DNA from: Acidobacteriota bacterium
GTDB lineage: Bacteria; Acidobacteriota; Polarisedimenticolia; J045
Length of the DNA: 64,000 bases
NCBI GenBank assembly: GCA_025456425.1
Contig: JALOKP010000026.1
Coordinates: 3,846 to 67,845, forward strand
Direction of reading: 5' to 3'
Each line of letters begins with the position of its first letter. The first letter of the stretch is position 1. Positions 60,218 to 64,000 of the stretch are shown here, piece by piece. A model generated the notes under the pieces. That model was not told the origin of the DNA and ran no database searches. It worked only from the letters and a program-made list of their open reading frames with translations. The translations under genes were made by a program, and so were the position numbers.

Positions 60218-61591
60218 TCACGGCCGCGTCATCCGCTCCGGCCGCACCGCGCGGTCGAACTCCTCGCCGCTCAGGAGGCCCAGCGCGACGACCGCCTCGC
60301 GCAGCGTGAGCCCCTCGGCGTGGGCCTTCTTCGCGGCCCGTGCCGCGGCGTCGTAGCCGATCACCGGGTTGAGCGCGGTGACCAGCATCAACGAGCGCTC
60401 GACGAGCTCGGCGATCCGCGCGCGGTCGGGCTCCAGCCCCGCGATGCAGCGGTCGGCGAACGAGCGCGCCGCGTCGCCCAGGAGGCGCGCGCTCTCCAGC
60501 ACGTTGCGCGCGATCAGCGGCTTGCAGGCGTTCAGCTCGAGCTGGCCCCCCATCGCCCCCAGCGCCACCGCGACGTCGTTGCCGACGACCTGCGCCGCGA
60601 CCATGATCAGCGCCTCGGCCTGGGTCGGGTTGACCTTGCCGGGCATGATCGACGAGCCCGGCTCGTTGGCCGGGAGCACGAGCTCGCCGAGTCCCGCGCG
60701 CGGCCCCGAGGCCAGCAGGCGCACGTCGTTGGCCAGCTTGGTCAGCGCGGTGGCCGCGGTCTTCAGCGCCCCCGACAGCGCGACCAGCGGCTCGTGTCCG
60801 GCGATCCCGGCGAACCGGTTGCGCGCCGGCCGGAACGGCCGCCCGGTCGTCTCGGCCAGGCGCGCGATCGTGCGCGCCGCGAACTCGGGGTGCGCGTTGA
60901 GCCCGGTCCCGACCGCGGTTCCGCCCAGCGGCAGCTCGTAGATCGGGCCGAGCGCCGCCTCGATCGTCGCGATCGCGATCTCCAGCTGTGCGCCCCAGCC
61001 CGAGATCTCCTGCCCCAGCGTCAGCGGCACGGCGTCCATCAGGTGGGTGCGGCCGATCTTGACGAGGTCGTCGAAGGCGCGGGCCTTCTCGGTCAGGCGC
61101 GCCGCGAGGTGCCGCAGCGCCGGGAGCGTGTTCTCCTCCACCTCGGCGGCGGCGGCCAGGTGCATCGCGGCCGGGAAGGCGTCGTTGCTGCTCTGGCCGC
61201 GGTTGACCTCGTCGTTGGGGTGGACGCGCCGGCCGCCGCCGAGCCGTTCGCCGGCGCGGTGAGCGATCACCTCGTTGACGTTCATGTTGGTCTGCGTCCC
61301 CGACCCGGTCTGCCAGACGACGAGCGGGAAGTGGTCGTCGAGCGCCCCCTCCGCGACCTCGCGCGCGGCGGCGGCGATCGCCTCCGCGACCTCCGGGTCG
61401 AAGAGGCCCAGCTCGGCGTGGATGCGCGCCGCGGCCTCCTTGATCCGTGCGAGCGCGTGGATCAGCCGCAGGTTCATGCGCTCGCTGCCGATCGGGAAGT
61501 TGCGGCGCGAGCGCTCGGTCTGCGCGCCCCAGCAGCGGTCGGCCGGAACCTCGACGGGGCCCAGGCTGTCGGTCTCGGTGCGGGTCTTCAT
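60218..61591 (-). CDS. fumC: Fumarate hydratase class II
   Basis: [43 protein letters not shown]. Confidence 0.97.
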   Translation of the reverse strand: MKTRTETDSLGPVEVPADRCWGAQTERSRRNFPIGSERMNLRLIHALARIKEAAARIHAELGLFDPEVAEAIAAAAREVAEGALDDHFPLVVWQTGSGTQTNMNVNEVIAHRAGERLGGGRRVHPNDEVNRGQSSNDAFPAAMHLAAAAEVEENTLPALRHLAARLTEKARAFDDLVKIGRTHLMDAVPLTLGQEISGWGAQLEIAIATIEAALGPIYELPLGGTAVGTGLNAHPEFAARTIARLAETTGRPFRPARNRFAGIAGHEPLVALSGALKTAATALTKLANDVRLLASGPRAGLGELVLPANEPGSSIMPGKVNPTQAEALIMVAAQVVGNDVAVALGAMGGQLELNACKPLIARNVLESARLLGDAARSFADRCIAGLEPDRARIAELVERSLMLVTALNPVIGYDAAARAAKKAHAEGLTLREAVVALGLLSGEEFDRAVRPERMTRP

Positions 61592-61651
61592 CGGGCGGCC
61601 TCCGGGAAGGGCGGGGACGGGCCGTACGGTAACCCCGTTCTGCTCGCAGCC

Positions 61652-61730
61652 CTAGGAGCCCGTCCAAGTCCTCGGTCGCGCCCCGCCCACCTTGGACGGG
61701 GCGCGACCGAGGACTTGGACGGGCTTCTAG
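61652..61730. repeat. 79-bp CTAG-bounded palindromic element (REP/MITE-like hairpin)
   Basis: 34-bp arms 61652-61685 and 61697-61730, 33/34 complementary, 11-nt loop. Confidence 0.9.
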
Positions 61731-62530
61731 ACCGCCTTCATCGCGAACGCGAACGCGAGCTGCACGACCTCCGCTCGCGGCAGATCGGACGCCAGGAGGC
61801 AGACGACCGTCCCCTCCCGCCAGAAGACGGAGGTCACGCCGTCGCGCTCGTAGACGAAGAAATCGATCCCCTCGCGCGCCCGGCGCTCGACCTCGCGAGG
61901 AAGCTCGTCGACGTTTCCGAAGAACATCTGACAGACGAGCCAGCGTCCGCGGTCGTCCTGGTAGGCGAAGAGCGCGCTCGGGCGCCGGGCGAAGCGGTTG
62001 ACCCGGCCTCCGGCCAACCGCCAGCCCATCATGCCGAGATCGAGCACGCGCGGCGTGAAGCTGATTCCTCCCTCGGCGAGGCGCCGCTCGAGGCCCGCCG
62101 GATCGCCCGTCCTCAGGGACAGCGCGAGTTGCCCCCGGGAGAGCGCGCGGAAATCGCGTGCCGACTCGGCGGGGAAATCGAGACGTGTCCAGGCGAAGAC
62201 CAACACGACCGCGAGCACCGTCGAGAGGATCCACCCGGCGGCCCACACCGCGCGCGGCAGCTTTCGCTGGCCCCGCGCCTCGAAGGCCGCCCGTACCTCG
62301 TCGTCGCGGTCGAGCGCGGCCCGCACCCGCGCCTCGAGCCCCGGGGGCGCGTGCTCGGAAGCCAGGCTCTCGTGGGCGGCGCCACGGGCCGCGTCGAGCA
62401 GGGCCAGCTCGGCGCGGCAGCGCGCGCAGCTCGCGAGGTGCTCATCCAGCGCTACCCGCTCGGCCCCGGCGAGGCGGCCGTCGAGCAGCTCGTGCAGTGC
62501 GTCACGCGGATGCTCGCGGCCGTCAGTCAT
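61727..62530 (-). CDS. Zinc-binding anti-sigma factor (zf-HC2, TM, periplasmic domain)
   Basis: LLDGRL...HLASCARC, single TM, directly downstream of the ECF sigma. Confidence 0.88.
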   Translation of the reverse strand: MTDGREHPRDALHELLDGRLAGAERVALDEHLASCARCRAELALLDAARGAAHESLASEHAPPGLEARVRAALDRDDEVRAAFEARGQRKLPRAVWAAGWILSTVLAVVLVFAWTRLDFPAESARDFRALSRGQLALSLRTGDPAGLERRLAEGGISFTPRVLDLGMMGWRLAGGRVNRFARRPSALFAYQDDRGRWLVCQMFFGNVDELPREVERRAREGIDFFVYERDGVTSVFWREGTVVCLLASDLPRAEVVQLAFAFAMKAV

Positions 62531-63122
62531 GCTTCCCGCTCATCGTCCGGAAGCTGCGGCTCGCGGCCCAGTCGGCCAGTTCGGCAGCGAGGGCGCGCCG
62601 GCCACGGAACAGCCGCGAGCGCAGCGTTCCTGCCGGGCAGCCGAGTGTCGCCGCCGCGTCCTCGTAGGACAGCTCCTCGCCGTCGACCAGCAGCACGGCA
62701 GTCCGGTAGGGCTCGGGCAGGCGGTCGAACGCCGCCTCCACTGCGGAGCGGCCCCACGACAGGTTCGGATGATCGAGGATTGCGCGATAGGCCGCCGGAT
62801 CGGGGACCTCCAGTACGCGATCGAACCGCGCCTCATAGTCCTCGATCGAGAGCGTCCCCCGCTCGCGGGCCTGCATCCGGTAGGCGTTGTTGAAGATCGA
62901 ATACAGGATGGTCGACAGCCAGGCCCTGCCGTTGGCTCCCGGGACGGAGCCATCGAACGTCCGGTAGGCGCGGAGAAGCGTTTCCCGGACGAGATCCGGC
63001 ACGGACGACTCGTCCCGCAGCAGGCGTCGTGCCGTCCCGGCGAGAGTCGGGAGGAGCGGCATCGCGAGCGCCTCGAAGGCTTCGCGCCGCTGGCGGGCCG
63101 GATGCTCGGCTCGGGTGCTCAT
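62523..63122 (-). CDS. ECF sigma-70 factor
   Basis: DLVRETLLRAY, AWLSTI, LPEPYR, LSYEDAA...GTLRSRLFRGR. Confidence 0.9.
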   Translation of the reverse strand: MSTRAEHPARQRREAFEALAMPLLPTLAGTARRLLRDESSVPDLVRETLLRAYRTFDGSVPGANGRAWLSTILYSIFNNAYRMQARERGTLSIEDYEARFDRVLEVPDPAAYRAILDHPNLSWGRSAVEAAFDRLPEPYRTAVLLVDGEELSYEDAAATLGCPAGTLRSRLFRGRRALAAELADWAASRSFRTMSGKHD

Positions 63123-64000
63123 CGCAGGGCGCGATAAACGAGATCGGCGACAATCGCATTGCCAGCGACTGAGTAATGACCCTTGAAGATCGTTGAAATG
63201 CCAGCACGCCTGGCTTCAGCGACGAGTGCCGGAGCCGGGTCAATGAGCGTGTGGCGAGCCGAGAGCTCGTCCAGCATGTCGCGATAGTCGAGATCCTTGC
63301 CCTCGAGGAGCGTTTCCACGTCTCCCTGTTGCGGAAGATGTACGATGACTACTTCGGACTCCCGACTTGCTTCGCTCACGAAGGCGTCGAAGAGCGCGAG
63401 ACAAAGCTGCATCTCGCCACTCTCGATGTCATAGAAGTCCTTGTACGTTGCTTGCTCGTGAACGGCTGAGAGGAGTGAACGAATGACCATCACAGCCTTC
63501 AGGTGATCGGAGAGAAAGCTGCCTTGATAGTCGTCAGGATTGTAATAATGCTCAAACGCGCGGAGAGGACTACGGTCGAAAGCCGCTACCTCCTCGGGGA
63601 GCTCGTGATAATCGATGGTGGGAGAATTCACGAGTTGCAGCGTGCCTTGTCGGAGCAGGAAGCGAGGTTTCGAGAAGGGGATGTTCGACTGCCGCTGCAG
63701 GAACACCCGGACTACATTTGGATTTCGTCGACAGTTCTCGGTCTGGAAGCCGATGACAACCGCGTCCGGGCTGTACCTTCTTCCCGCGTGCTTCCAGAGC
63801 AGATACGCCTGGTCGTTGCCGCAGCCGCCCACGCCGAAGTTCAGCACCTGGACTGCGGAGCCGCGCTCATCGAGCAGAGTCTGCAAGTGCGCGGCCCAGG
63901 TCTCGCTGTTCGCGACATCATCACCGTGAACAAACGAATCGCCGAAGAGCGCTATCCGTCTCACTCCAGCAGGCTTCTCGAGCGTGAAATCCGTGTCGGC
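63119..64000 (-). CDS. SGNH/GDSL hydrolase-like protein; 5' end outside the window; lower GC
   Basis: Frame open to 64000 (ADTDFTLEKPAGVRRIALFGDSF), VLNFGVGG, GHYSVAGN. Confidence 0.82.
   Translation of the reverse strand, partial: ADTDFTLEKPAGVRRIALFGDSFVHGDDVANSETWAAHLQTLLDERGSAVQVLNFGVGGCGNDQAYLLWKHAGRRYSPDAVVIGFQTENCRRNPNVVRVFLQRQSNIPFSKPRFLLRQGTLQLVNSPTIDYHELPEEVAAFDRSPLRAFEHYYNPDDYQGSFLSDHLKAVMVIRSLLSAVHEQATYKDFYDIESGEMQLCLALFDAFVSEASRESEVVIVHLPQQGDVETLLEGKDLDYRDMLDELSARHTLIDPAPALVAEARRAGISTIFKGHYSVAGNAIVADLVYRALR

Overview
Very GC-rich chromosomal window from a diderm bacterium. The gene content (outer-membrane barrel, Thr-type sulfatase-TPR, MacB-type permease pair) looks Acidobacteriota-like, but that is an inference. 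It holds about 45 genes: a MacA/MacB-type efflux module, a broken aceE, peptide and polyamine ABC importers, a nine-gene trp-aro operon (trpE-G-D-CF-B-A-aroF-aroA-aroE) with an unannotated Trp-Trp-Trp leader peptide and full attenuator, sppA, an S1-domain protein, an M1 peptidase, a B12 radical SAM enzyme, a PLP decarboxylase, an MdlAB-type exporter, three orphan hybrid histidine kinases, fumC, an ECF sigma/anti-sigma pair and the edge of a lower-GC gene. Three signals stand out. (1) A secreted S8 protease with a sigma54-type promoter ends in 15 exact GILWGD hexapeptides and converges on a multi-TM hybrid sensor kinase, a candidate self-processing Trp-peptide signalling system. (2) Two ~178-bp elements 42 kb apart share 26-bp inverted-repeat ends but have unrelated interiors, and each sits directly upstream of a hybrid kinase, in opposite orientations. 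(3) Four short internal deletions hit conserved genes (aceE twice, potC, TSUP), which may be assembly error or decay. No rRNA, tRNA, CRISPR array or transposase was seen.
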